Positions 52,341 through 61,022 of a DNA stretch of 64,000 nucleotides are shown in pieces. Within the stretch, counting starts at the first letter, position 1, and every line of letters begins with the position of its first letter. Source of the stretch: Candidatus Pacearchaeota archaeon (lineage in GTDB: Archaea > Nanobdellota > Nanobdellia > UBA10117 > JAFCGI01); assembly GCA_017608235.1 (NCBI GenBank), contig JAFCGI010000005.1:46930-110929 (forward strand), written 5' to 3'. The notes under the pieces were generated by a model. The model searched no databases. It was not told the DNA's origin and was given only the letters and a program-made list of their open reading frames with translations. Both the position numbers and the translations under genes were made by a program.

Positions 52341-54508
52341 TATTTATTTCCCCCTTTTAATTCTATAACTTTCGTTGTATCGTTTCCAAAAATATCAACA
52401 ACTTTAATAGCAATTTTTCTTTTTCCAGAAATTTTCCTGAAGGGAGTTTTTAATTCTAATTCTCTATTCTTCTTTGTTCTAAATGACTGCCATTCATTTT
52501 CAAAGATATAATCTCCTGTCCATTTTTCTTCGTATTCTTTTTCAAAATCCAGCTTTCCTGTTTGTTTCTTTTGTTTTTCTATTTTGATTATTTCTTTTTT
52601 GCTTTCAAAATCAAAATCTACTGCCCAATAATCAATCCAGTCAGTCCATTTTTTAGTTAAAACATCCTGTGTAACAATTCCATTTTTATCTTTTGATACC
52701 TTGATTATATTTCCATTCTCTACTACAATTTTATTGCTTCCATTTTTTAAACTGGCTTCAACATGTTTTATTGAATCCTGATTATAGAAAACAGAAAAAT
52801 CAGCTAATTCAATAGCCACGCCATCTTTAATATAATGTGGTGTAACTTCAATATATGAAACATCAGTAAATACAACTTGATTCTTTTCAACTGCTCTTTT
52901 ATCGAATACTTCTCTTGGGATATGTTTTAGTGCTAAATCAACACCTTTGGCTTTTGCTTCTTCTTGAATATGGGGAAATAATCCCATTTCAAATTCAAAT
53001 GCAAGAATGTCAACTTTAGTTATTTTGTTTTTAATTGCTTCCTCGATAGCCTCTTCAATAAATAATCTTCCCACTGGTAAATTTATAGGACCAACTGCAA
53101 CTAATCTATTTAATTTCTTTCCTGAAAAGGTATTATATCCTGTAACTCCCTCTGCTCTGTAAGCATGAAGGATTAGTTTAACAAAATCTTTTTCCTTTTT
53201 TGCTATTTGTTTTTGTTTTTCTTCATCCCTTAAATTTGAATTTACTCCAACATAATGTTGTCTTTCATATTTTCCAAGATTTAATATCTCAAATGCCCTG
53301 AAATCTTTTCCATCTTTTTTTAATTGTCTTTGAACATCAATCATCCTTTTTCTTGTTGTGTGAATTGAGAACTTTCCTAAATCAGAACCAATCCATTTTC
53401 TTCCTAATTTTTCTGCAACTGCTAAGGTAGTTCCTGAACCACAGAAGAAATCGCAGACAATGTCGCCTTCATTTGATGATGCTTTTATTATTCTTTTCAT
53501 CAATTTTTCAGGTTTTTGTGTAGGATAGTCTAATAATTCGCTTACTATTCTTCCAACTGGTGAAATATCTACCCACCAATCTTCTAATTGTTTTCCTTCT
53601 TCCTCAAGAGCTCTCAGTTTCTCTTCACTAGTTTCAGTTGTTCTAAATCCTAAACCTCCCTTACCATGTATGCCAGATTTATGTTTGATTCTTTGGATGT
53701 TAAAATTAGTATTCTCAGATTTAGCATAGAAAAGGATAGTATCATGTTTTCTTGTAAACCCTTTTTTATTTTTTAATGGAGAACTGTAACACCAAATAAT
53801 TTCATTCCTAAAATTCTGTTTTCCAAACACTTCATCCAACAGCAACCTCATATATCCAGAGACTCTCCAATCACAATGAACATAAATACTTCCATCAGGA
53901 GCAAGTAAGTCTCTCATTAGCATTAACCTTTCATACATCATTGCAATAAAACTATCTGCTCCCTTGCCCCACGTATCTCTGTAAGCCAATTCTTCCAAAA
54001 CATTCGGTTGCTTTGTAAATTCATCATCTCCAATATTTATCTTCATAGAGAAATCAGCACCAACATCAAATGGTGGATCAATATAAATTAATTTAATTCC
54101 TCCTTGTTTTTCAATCTCTTCTCTTAATGAACCATTTTTCAAACTTGAGAGAATTAATTTGTTATCTCCCCAAATAAGCTTATTAGTCCATCCTTTTAAT
54201 TGTCTCCCTCTTGTATCTGTTTCAAAATCAATTAAGCTAACTTGTTTTCCTCCCCCTAAACCTTCTTTTCTTGGTTCATCCACTTGTTCAATAACTTGAA
54301 AAGGAAGAACGACATTAGTAACATCTCTAGATTTTCCGTTCCAAACTAATTCAACTTCCCTTTTATCTCCAAATAATAAAAATCTATATTCTTCTGGTAA
54401 GGGAACTCCCTTTTTTAAGAAACTTGTTATATCTCTAATTTCATTGTCAGATAAGACTATTTTGGTTTTTGATTCAAATTTTGATTTAACTTGTTTCTTT
54501 TTAGCCAT
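52340..54508 (-). CDS. mod: Type III restriction-modification Mod subunit (beta-class N6-adenine/N4-cytosine DNA methyltransferase)
   Basis: Motif IV DPPF (IYIDPPFDV) lies upstream of the YPTQKP block and motif I FFCGSGTT. Its stop overlaps the res start. Confidence 0.8.
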   Translation of the reverse strand: MAKKKQVKSKFESKTKIVLSDNEIRDITSFLKKGVPLPEEYRFLLFGDKREVELVWNGKSRDVTNVVLPFQVIEQVDEPRKEGLGGGKQVSLIDFETDTRGRQLKGWTNKLIWGDNKLILSSLKNGSLREEIEKQGGIKLIYIDPPFDVGADFSMKINIGDDEFTKQPNVLEELAYRDTWGKGADSFIAMMYERLMLMRDLLAPDGSIYVHCDWRVSGYMRLLLDEVFGKQNFRNEIIWCYSSPLKNKKGFTRKHDTILFYAKSENTNFNIQRIKHKSGIHGKGGLGFRTTETSEEKLRALEEEGKQLEDWWVDISPVGRIVSELLDYPTQKPEKLMKRIIKASSNEGDIVCDFFCGSGTTLAVAEKLGRKWIGSDLGKFSIHTTRKRMIDVQRQLKKDGKDFRAFEILNLGKYERQHYVGVNSNLRDEEKQKQIAKKEKDFVKLILHAYRAEGVTGYNTFSGKKLNRLVAVGPINLPVGRLFIEEAIEEAIKNKITKVDILAFEFEMGLFPHIQEEAKAKGVDLALKHIPREVFDKRAVEKNQVVFTDVSYIEVTPHYIKDGVAIELADFSVFYNQDSIKHVEASLKNGSNKIVVENGNIIKVSKDKNGIVTQDVLTKKWTDWIDYWAVDFDFESKKEIIKIEKQKKQTGKLDFEKEYEEKWTGDYIFENEWQSFRTKKNRELELKTPFRKISGKRKIAIKVVDIFGNDTTKVIELKGGNK

Positions 54509-54755
54509 TTTTCATCTCTTTAACAGCTTCTTCAGGTCCTTTTAGTTTGTAAAGTCTTATTCTGGAATCTTGAGGATCTAGTCTAGCTTCTAACCAGCCA
54601 TATTTTTTAAGGTCAGAAATGCACAGGCTTACGACCCTCTCATCCTTCTCTTTAAGGGCTTCTATGGCCTGTTTATGGGTAAATTCTTCATTTCTAAATT
54701 TATTCCAAAGTGTTGAATATCTTTTCATAATCCATCGTGGAAGCGGTTCTATCAT
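54501..54755 (-). CDS. Small winged-helix-like protein upstream of and overlapping mod; possible regulator (controller-like)
   Basis: MIEPLPRWIMKRYSTLWNKF...LDPQDSRIRLYKLKG. Start placed at the internal Met; the longer track ORF N-terminus looks spurious. Confidence 0.35.
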   Translation of the reverse strand: MIEPLPRWIMKRYSTLWNKFRNEEFTHKQAIEALKEKDERVVSLCISDLKKYGWLEARLDPQDSRIRLYKLKGPEEAVKEMKNG

Positions 54756-54949
54756 ATTAAGTCCCTCATGTGCATCACATAAGTAATATGTAGTCCTATT
54801 TAAATATATTGTTTTGCATTTTAAGCCAGAAATAAAGTGTATTCTACAGAATAACAATGTTTAAATAGTAGTTATGCTTATTACATAAGTATTATGTATA
54901 TAAAATAAGTATCAAGAGAGACTCTCCGCAAAGATCATCTCTCCTGGTA

Positions 54950-56526
54950 ATGGAGTCCGCGATGAACTCCACAATAGAAAGAATAGAAAAGGAACTTAAT
55001 AAAACTTTTGAGTCTGTTAGTGAGAAATGGATTAAAACCTCTTCTGTTCTTAAAAAATTGAACTTACAATTAATAGAACAAAGACAATCTAAATTCAATC
55101 CAGAAAGCTTAATTAAATTATATCTTTACAGAAGAATAAAAGGCATCCATTATTATGAAAAGTTAATAGAACATTTAGAAAATAATGAAACTGATTCTTA
55201 TGATCTTGGATTTTCAAATGGAAATAATAACAAGTTAGAATTTCCAACAAAAAGAGCATTTAATAAATTCTTCAAAAATAAAATTGATGATAATCTCAAA
55301 TTACAATTAGATAATCTTACTAAAAATATTCTAAGAATAGCAACTCAAAAAGGAATAGTCTTAGATTTAGAATTAGTCAATAAAGCAATAAAAGATAAGA
55401 AAGATAAAAAGAGAGAGAGAAAAGAAAAGCATTTCATGAAGCCACTAAATTGGTAAAGAAATTAGTCTATCCTCAAATTGATATTAAAATTAAAGAGAAT
55501 GGAAAATTTACAACTAAGGATTTATTGGATGTTTTAGTTCATATTGCTTATTCTCATGATTTTACTACAAACGGCTCTTCTACATTCCAGGAATTATATC
55601 CTGACTTAAAAGCTCCTTCTGGAGATTTAATGTTATATCATTTTTCTAAATTGCAATCAGTAGATAAAATAAAAGATATGTTTATTTCAATATTTGATGT
55701 TATTTTTAACTTTGCTAAACAGAATTACAAGCTGTTAAATAGAAGAAAAATAGACATTGCGTTTGATGTCCACAAAATCCCCTATTATGGCAATAAGAAT
55801 GATTTTTATGTAACAGAAGGAAAACATGAAAGAGGAACAACTCACTTCTATCAGTTCTTAACATGCTCAATAGTCGTTGCTGGGCAGAGATTTAGTATTG
55901 ATGCTATTCCTATTCATAAATTTGATAGTATTGAAAATTTAGTAGATCAAAGTTTAGAAAGGGTTAAACAAAAAATTCATATCAATAAAGCATATCTTGA
56001 TAGAGGTTTTGATAAACCAAAAGTAATCAACGTTATCAAAGCTCATAAAGTAAAGTTTATCATGCCAAAAGTTAGAAGTGAAACTGTAAAGGCATGGATG
56101 AGAAAATCTGAGGAATGCAAGGCGAGAGTTATTGAAAACTTTGAAATTGGTAAAGGAGAGAATAAGGCTATTGTGAACTTAATCCTTGTAGATGATGAAG
56201 AAGGGATAAAGAGAGCTTTCATTACTAATTTTCACATTCCTGAACAACTATCACATTATCTTTATAATTGGTATTCAAAAAGATGGGGAATTGAAACAGG
56301 GTACGGGCAGTTTGACCATGATTTTAAAGCAAAAACCACTACTAAGAATTATCACATTAGATTATTCTATTTCTTATTTTCAGTATGTTTGTATAATCTT
56401 TGGGTCTTGGTAAATATTTGTGTTTCTTTATCTCTTCATGGTAGATTGTCAGAAAAGCCAATAATTACATCTAAGTTATTTGCAGTTGTTCTTTACAAAG
56501 TTGCTTATGAAGATCCTCCAACGTGA
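54950..56526 (+). mobile_element. IS4-family (DDE_Tnp_1) transposase gene, split into two overlapping ORFs (54950..55456 and 55450..56526) by a frameshift in an A-rich tract. Terminal inverted repeats not resolved
   Basis: DDE residues in IAFDVH, AYLDRGF and the signature YSKRWGIETGY. Both frames are open across the agaaagataaaaagagagagagaaaagaaaag tract. Confidence 0.6.
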
Positions 56527-56714
56527 TGGTTAATCCTGTTAGTTATAGAATTGTTCTAGTTGGAACTCTCCTATTTCTCTCTTATTTCTAATAAATCACA
56601 ACCTAAAATTTTAACTTCTCCAGAATTTTCTTAAGATTTAATGAGAACCAAAGATAAAATCTTATAAACATAGCCATTCTATTTATCAATTCAGTTTACT
56701 TTCTATCTACTGTA

Positions 56715-57689
56715 TTAATATTCTAAGGTTTTTTTAAAAATATCAAATACTCTTTCCAAGTCTTTATGATTTGCTTTATCTCTTAGCTCAATCCTAGCTG
56801 AAGCCTTAATCATGGATATTATTGACTCTATTGTTTTGGGAGTTACCTTATATAACAATGAATGTTCTTTAGATTTAAGAGTTGTGGAAAAATCTTTTAT
56901 TAGGTCTAAAAACTGATTTGGAATTTCTACCTTTATTTGATTTGCATGATTAATATATTCTCTAATAAAATCCATATCTGCTTGTTTTGGCTTTTGTTTT
57001 TCAGACATAACTATCTTTTCTGCTATGTCTGCAAATTGTTCTAAAGAGGCATCCCTAATAATAAATGCTAAATTAAAATCTGATAGTTTTGTATAAGAAG
57101 GTATTTGTGACTTAATAATATGTATAGAATAATCTTCAATATTCTTTTTTGCATCTATAACTTTTGGTAGATTTTTTGAAGATATTTTAGATAATGAATC
57201 TAATATACTGGTTTTTCCAGTTCCAGAATTTCCAAATAATAGCATGTTTAGTGAATCCTCTGTGAATAATTGAAGCATGCATGCTTGCTTAACTTCTCTA
57301 AGTCCTACTATATTAGAAGCAATATATTGTGGAATTATATTCCAAGCTCTTTCTTTAAACTCTTTGAATTTTTCTTTAAGATATTTTCTTTCTATCTCTT
57401 GATTTAATATTGTTAGATCTTTTTCTTGCGATTCTATTTTTGGAATTATATTTTTTCCAGAAATTAGGAAAGAGAAATCCTTTTTCTTTCGAACTAATTT
57501 AGCTTTTTTTTGCTTGATTTTTGTTTTTATAAATGAGATTTGATCTTTGCTTAGATATTCTGATAAGAAATTTAGATCTGTTTTTTCTTCTTTAGTTAAA
57601 GGTCTTAATCTAAGAAATAAATCAATAGTATTATTTAGACTATTTTCTATTATTTGAATTGTACCTTCCTTAGCAGTTTTCTTTGCCAT
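56715..57689 (-). CDS. Mini-MCM-like AAA+ ATPase (MCM helicase core homolog, 324 aa)
   Basis: IVGLREVKQACMLQLF...NMLLFGNSGTGKTSIL parallels the MCM IYGHEDVKKA..LLVGDPGTAKSQ region. Walker A GNSGTGKT. Lies 20 nt from the tRNA-Met 3' end. Confidence 0.5.
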   Translation of the reverse strand: MAKKTAKEGTIQIIENSLNNTIDLFLRLRPLTKEEKTDLNFLSEYLSKDQISFIKTKIKQKKAKLVRKKKDFSFLISGKNIIPKIESQEKDLTILNQEIERKYLKEKFKEFKERAWNIIPQYIASNIVGLREVKQACMLQLFTEDSLNMLLFGNSGTGKTSILDSLSKISSKNLPKVIDAKKNIEDYSIHIIKSQIPSYTKLSDFNLAFIIRDASLEQFADIAEKIVMSEKQKPKQADMDFIREYINHANQIKVEIPNQFLDLIKDFSTTLKSKEHSLLYKVTPKTIESIISMIKASARIELRDKANHKDLERVFDIFKKTLEY

Positions 57690-57708
57690 TCTCTAAAAAA
57701 ATAGTAAA

Positions 57709-57823
57709 TGCCGAAGGAGGGATTTGAACCCTCGACTTCCAGCTTACTTACGCAGTAAGCATACAGAAAACAACTTTTCTGCGATATGAGACTGGCACTC
57801 TAGCCAGACTGAGTTACTTCGGC
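57709..57823 (-). tRNA. tRNA-Met, elongator type (anticodon CAT; an Ile2-type cannot be excluded), with a roughly 40-nt intron at the anticodon loop
   Basis: Reverse complement: acceptor GCCGAAG/CTTCGGC+A; D-arm ACTCAGTCTGGCTAGAGT; anticodon stem CCAGT/GCTGG with loop CTCATA|intron|A; T-arm GAGGG-TTCAAAT-CCCTC. Confidence 0.65.
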
Positions 57824-58262
57824 TTGCTTTTCCTTAAGGTTGGGTTTATTTTTAAGTGTTACCAATTCAAATAAATCTTGCTATCTACTTATTTTAACAA
57901 AAAGAGAAAATATTTTAAATAGAATGTAAACTTAACATAAAAGAATGGAAGATTTAGTTAATATTATAATTTTGTTGTATGAAAACTATAAAGTTACTAA
58001 ATTTATTGCTAACACAAAGGAGCAATATTCTATAATCATGTGGAAGAAAGAATTTAATAAATATGGTTTAGACCTTCTTAAAAGTAAAAAAGTAATAACT
58101 GAAATGGAAATTGATTCAATAGTAACAATTGATGATATAGGTTGTATTTCTGAGTATAGTATAGACAACATACAAAAGTATCCTATGAAAGAAGTTTTTA
58201 TTGATAATCAACCAACTCTAGAGCCATACTACAAAGAGATCTTAGGCAATCTAAGGTATGAA

Positions 58263-58397
58263 TGGACCGGTCGGGATTCGAACCCGAGGCCTCTCCATAG
58301 CAATAAATAAGTATTTAACTTAAATATTCATGCCAAGGAAGCGATCTATTGTCCTGCATTGTCTAATGACATAGCAACCGGACTGATCTACCGGCCC
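58263..58397 (-). tRNA. tRNA, isotype unresolved. The precursor is about 135 nt with apparently more than one intron, including one in the D-loop
   Basis: Reverse complement: acceptor GGGCCGG/CCGGTCC+A; T-arm TCGGG-TTCGAAT-CCCGA; D-stem GATC...GATC. An internal TTGCTATG is repeated twice. Confidence 0.45.
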
Positions 58398-58458
58398 ATG
58401 GTATAAGAATCTAAAAATCATTTATAAAAGTTTGTAAAATTAGAAAAAAAGAAAAAAC

Positions 58459-58665
58459 TTATTCTTCCTTGGCTTGTGATTCGCTTAGTAAGGAAAGTTT
58501 CTCTGAAAGTTCATCTAATTTCTTTGCTAGTTCCTCTTCTAAATCTACAGATTTTTCAATCCAGCTAGAAAGTAAAGTATTATCTACTTCGCCTGCTTGG
58601 AATTTGTCAATTATTTGTTGTTTTAGTTGTTTTAATTCTTCAATAATAGAGTAAATTTGTTCCAT
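58459..58665 (-). CDS. Small coiled-coil protein (68 aa), hypothetical
   Basis: ORF with a heptad-like, E/K/L-rich sequence. Confidence 0.3.
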   Translation of the reverse strand: MEQIYSIIEELKQLKQQIIDKFQAGEVDNTLLSSWIEKSVDLEEELAKKLDELSEKLSLLSESQAKEE

Positions 58666-58765
58666 AGTTTCACCTCAATTTATATAATAAAAATTAGGAA
58701 CTTATCCTTTAAAAATCTAATGAATATCTCTTTAATTTTTAAAGAAATGTATAAAGAATGATAAA

Positions 58766-58840
58766 TGGGCCCGACAGGATTCGAACCCGCGACCTATCGG
58801 TTAAGAGCCGATCGCTCTGACCAGGCTGAGCTACGAGCCC
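58766..58840 (-). tRNA. tRNA-Lys (anticodon CTT)
   Basis: Reverse complement reads GGGCTCG-TA-GCTCAGCCTGGTCAGAGC-G-ATCGG-CTCTTAA-CCGAT-AGGTC-GCGGG-TTCGAAT-CCTGT-CGGGCCC-A. Confidence 0.75.
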
Positions 58841-58876
58841 ATAAGTCAGAAGTAAAATTTGTAATTAAAAATGTTT

Positions 58877-59773
58877 CTAAATCTCTTTTAAAAATTCTGA
58901 AATAGTTTTTTTATCTAAACTGATTAATGGATAAAATATAGGAATTTTTGAAACTTTCAAAGTGTTTTTTATATTTGTGGTTCCGAGAATAATTGCTTTT
59001 GCATTATATTTCTTGGCAGCTTGTTCTGCAGCTAAAAGTAAGTCTTTGGATTTTATTACTAAAGGTTTAAGTTTCGAACTTGGACTAAATTTCTCAAGAA
59101 GTTTTATATTTTTTAGAAATTCTTTTTCAGAAGTTTCTGAAGTTTTAATGTGCAAAGGAATGATATTAGCTCCTCTTCTTAGCATAAGCCAGGCTGCAAC
59201 CAAGTCTTCCTTTTTTGAGGAAATTAAACAGATTACTTTCCCAGAAACTCCTACAGGTAATCCTTCATGAGCTCTGATTGTCTCAGAAAATAGATGCGCT
59301 TGGTCATCAATTATTTCTATTCCTATTTTTAGACTAGGATTCTTTAATTTTACTGGAGCCTTTGTGTTTTTCTGAATGAATGCTCCAATTTCTCTATCTA
59401 ATTCTAAAGAAGTTTGTTTTAGAGTTTTTGTTACTCTTTTAGATTTTATTGCAAATGTCTTTTTGGAATTTAATTTATTTTGTTTTGCAATCTTTAGGGC
59501 TGTTTTTTTGATATCATTAAGATCAGACTTACAAATTACTGCAGGAGTTATTAAAACAAGTCCAAAAATATTTTTTAGAACTTTAATTGCTTTCTTAGTA
59601 TTTTTTGTTTTGATATAGATTCTAGAATGTTTTTTCTCAAGAGAGAATTCTAAATTATTTTGCTTTAGAGCATTATCTATATTTCTAAGAAGCTGATTTT
59701 CGAATTGGGACCTTGTTCTTTTGCTTTTTAGCATCAATTCTGCAAACTTAAGAATTATTAGTTTATTATCCAT
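58877..59773 (-). CDS. ThiI-like protein: THUMP domain plus a truncated, degenerate PP-loop domain (tRNA 4-thiouridine synthase homolog, possibly inactive)
   Basis: TFAIKSKRVTKTLKQTSLELDREIGAFI matches the THUMP/ThiI region. GKVICLISSKKEDLVAAWLMLRRG aligns with the ThiI PP-loop, but the SGGxDS motif is replaced by SSKKED. Only 298 aa. Confidence 0.5.
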   Translation of the reverse strand: MDNKLIILKFAELMLKSKRTRSQFENQLLRNIDNALKQNNLEFSLEKKHSRIYIKTKNTKKAIKVLKNIFGLVLITPAVICKSDLNDIKKTALKIAKQNKLNSKKTFAIKSKRVTKTLKQTSLELDREIGAFIQKNTKAPVKLKNPSLKIGIEIIDDQAHLFSETIRAHEGLPVGVSGKVICLISSKKEDLVAAWLMLRRGANIIPLHIKTSETSEKEFLKNIKLLEKFSPSSKLKPLVIKSKDLLLAAEQAAKKYNAKAIILGTTNIKNTLKVSKIPIFYPLISLDKKTISEFLKEI

Positions 59774-59828
59774 AGAATATAGTAATTAATATCTATTTAT
59801 AAAAAATTCTAAATATAAAATAAAAAAT

Positions 59829-59990
59829 TTAAAGTAGTTGAGTAGCTACTATAAATCCAATTATAAAACCAATAAGAACACCTTGTATTAATTCCTTCAT
59901 ACCATACTCTATTTCTGCTTGTCTTTCTGCTGCTAATTGTGTTCTTAGAGATCTGACCATTGAACTTGATCTTTTTCGTCTAGTTGCCAT
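59829..59990 (-). CDS. Small tail-anchored membrane protein (53 aa), Sec61beta/SecG-like; not in the ORF track because it is under 60 aa
   Basis: Own translation: MATRRKRSSSMVRSLRTQLAAERQAEIEYGMKELIQGVLIGFIIGFIVATQLL. SD GGGAGG lies 8 nt upstream, overlapping the end of the upstream ORF. Confidence 0.3.
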   Translation of the reverse strand: MATRRKRSSSMVRSLRTQLAAERQAEIEYGMKELIQGVLIGFIIGFIVATQLL

Positions 59991-59992
59991 TT

Positions 59993-60238
59993 TTATTTCC
60001 TCCCTTTACCTGGTAAGGCTTCTTTTAGTTCTATATTTCCTAGTGCCATTAGCATTCCGCCAACGCCATAAAATATTGGGAACATAAGTAATTCACTTCC
60101 AGAAATTAGTGGATAGTTAGCTATCAATAATCTTTCTGCTGCTAATAATGTAAAATAAAGTCCTAATCCTAACCATGTTGCTCCTGTAAATATAAATAAC
60201 AGTCCCAAATATTCGTGTTTCTTCAAATTAGATGCCAT
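59993..60238 (-). CDS. Small membrane protein (81 aa, two TM helices), hypothetical
   Basis: Hydrophobic segments LGLLFIFTGATWLGLGLYFTLLAA and LLMFPIFYGVGGMLMAL. Confidence 0.4.
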   Translation of the reverse strand: MASNLKKHEYLGLLFIFTGATWLGLGLYFTLLAAERLLIANYPLISGSELLMFPIFYGVGGMLMALGNIELKEALPGKGRK

Positions 60239-60383
60239 TTTTAATCTCCTCTTATCTAATTTAATTTAACATATAGCAGTTTAAATAATTGTTTTAGTTA
60301 CGAGAAGTGGTTACAACTACTGATTGTTTAATTAAATTTAAAATCCAAATGTTTTTAAATGAAGTAACATGAAATAGAAACAT

Positions 60384-60509
60384 GGGGCTATGGTGTAGCT
60401 TGGACTATCATCTGTGGTTTGGGACCATAGGACCCAGGTTCAAAGCAACCTTTTGCCTAACAAAGCATTGACGGAAAAATCCGTGGTTGAGAAAGTCCTG
60501 GTAGCCCCA
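60384..60509 (+). tRNA. tRNA-Pro (anticodon TGG) with a roughly 50-nt intron at a non-canonical position in the T-loop (between nucleotides 59 and 60)
   Basis: Acceptor GGGGCTA/TAGCCCC+A. Anticodon stem TGTGG/CCATA with loop TTTGGGA. The T-stem 5' half CCAGG plus TTCAAA is separated by about 50 nt from T + CCTGG. Confidence 0.6.
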
Positions 60510-60632
60510 TTTAAAAATCTTTTTAAAAAACCGCATTAGGAAAGGCCTAAAAAACAAAATATTTATATAGGTGATACGTTTTAATTCTTGCAGACCTTTA
60601 TGTTTAAGGTAAAACTTTGAGAGGTGTATTAA

Positions 60633-60926
60633 ATGGCAAAAAAAAGGAAAAAGAAAGCTGTAATGAAATATTTTGTTTTATTAAAGGGAACTAAAGACAC
60701 AGAGCACGTTTTTGCAAGTAAACAACCAAGAGGCGCTGCTCTAAAAGCTGCTACACGTGGATTCACAGAGATTAAATTACGTGAAAGAGGAACTAATAAG
60801 ATTCATGTATTTAAGGGATCTAGAAAGAAAGTAAGTGCACCAGCAAACGCACCTGACTGGATGCCATCAAAAATCTGGAAATCCAACGTAAAGAAGAAAG
60901 GAATTGAGAGAAAGAAAAAGAAATAA
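60633..60926 (+). CDS. Chromosomal protein MC1 (archaeal non-histone chromatin protein)
   Basis: SKQPRGAALKAATRGF..IKLRERGTNKIHVFKGSRKKVSAPANAPDWMPSKIWKSNVKK closely parallels Methanosarcina MC1 (GKQPRQAALKAANRG..IRLRERGTKKVHVFKAWKE.VDAPKNRPAWMPEKI). SD GAGGTG upstream. Confidence 0.75.
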   Translation: MAKKRKKKAVMKYFVLLKGTKDTEHVFASKQPRGAALKAATRGFTEIKLRERGTNKIHVFKGSRKKVSAPANAPDWMPSKIWKSNVKKKGIERKKKK

Positions 60927-61022
60927 ATTCCTTACTCTTTCTTTTTTTATTTATATTTCTATTTTCTAAAATTTTTAGCTAGGAGTTAGTTTTATATACC
61001 TAAAAATATTGGTTTTTAATAT

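Noticed and set aside
54858-54950. Terminal inverted repeats for the IS4-like element
   Set aside because: Shared ACTCTCC and GAGAGA motifs at 54917 and 56560 are in direct, not inverted, orientation. No convincing IR pair found by eye, so element boundaries are not reported.
57945-58310. 121-aa plus-strand ORF
   Set aside because: Its C-terminal 16 codons are the antisense of a well-formed tRNA acceptor and T-arm (58263..58397); likely spurious or at best an unconserved small ORF.
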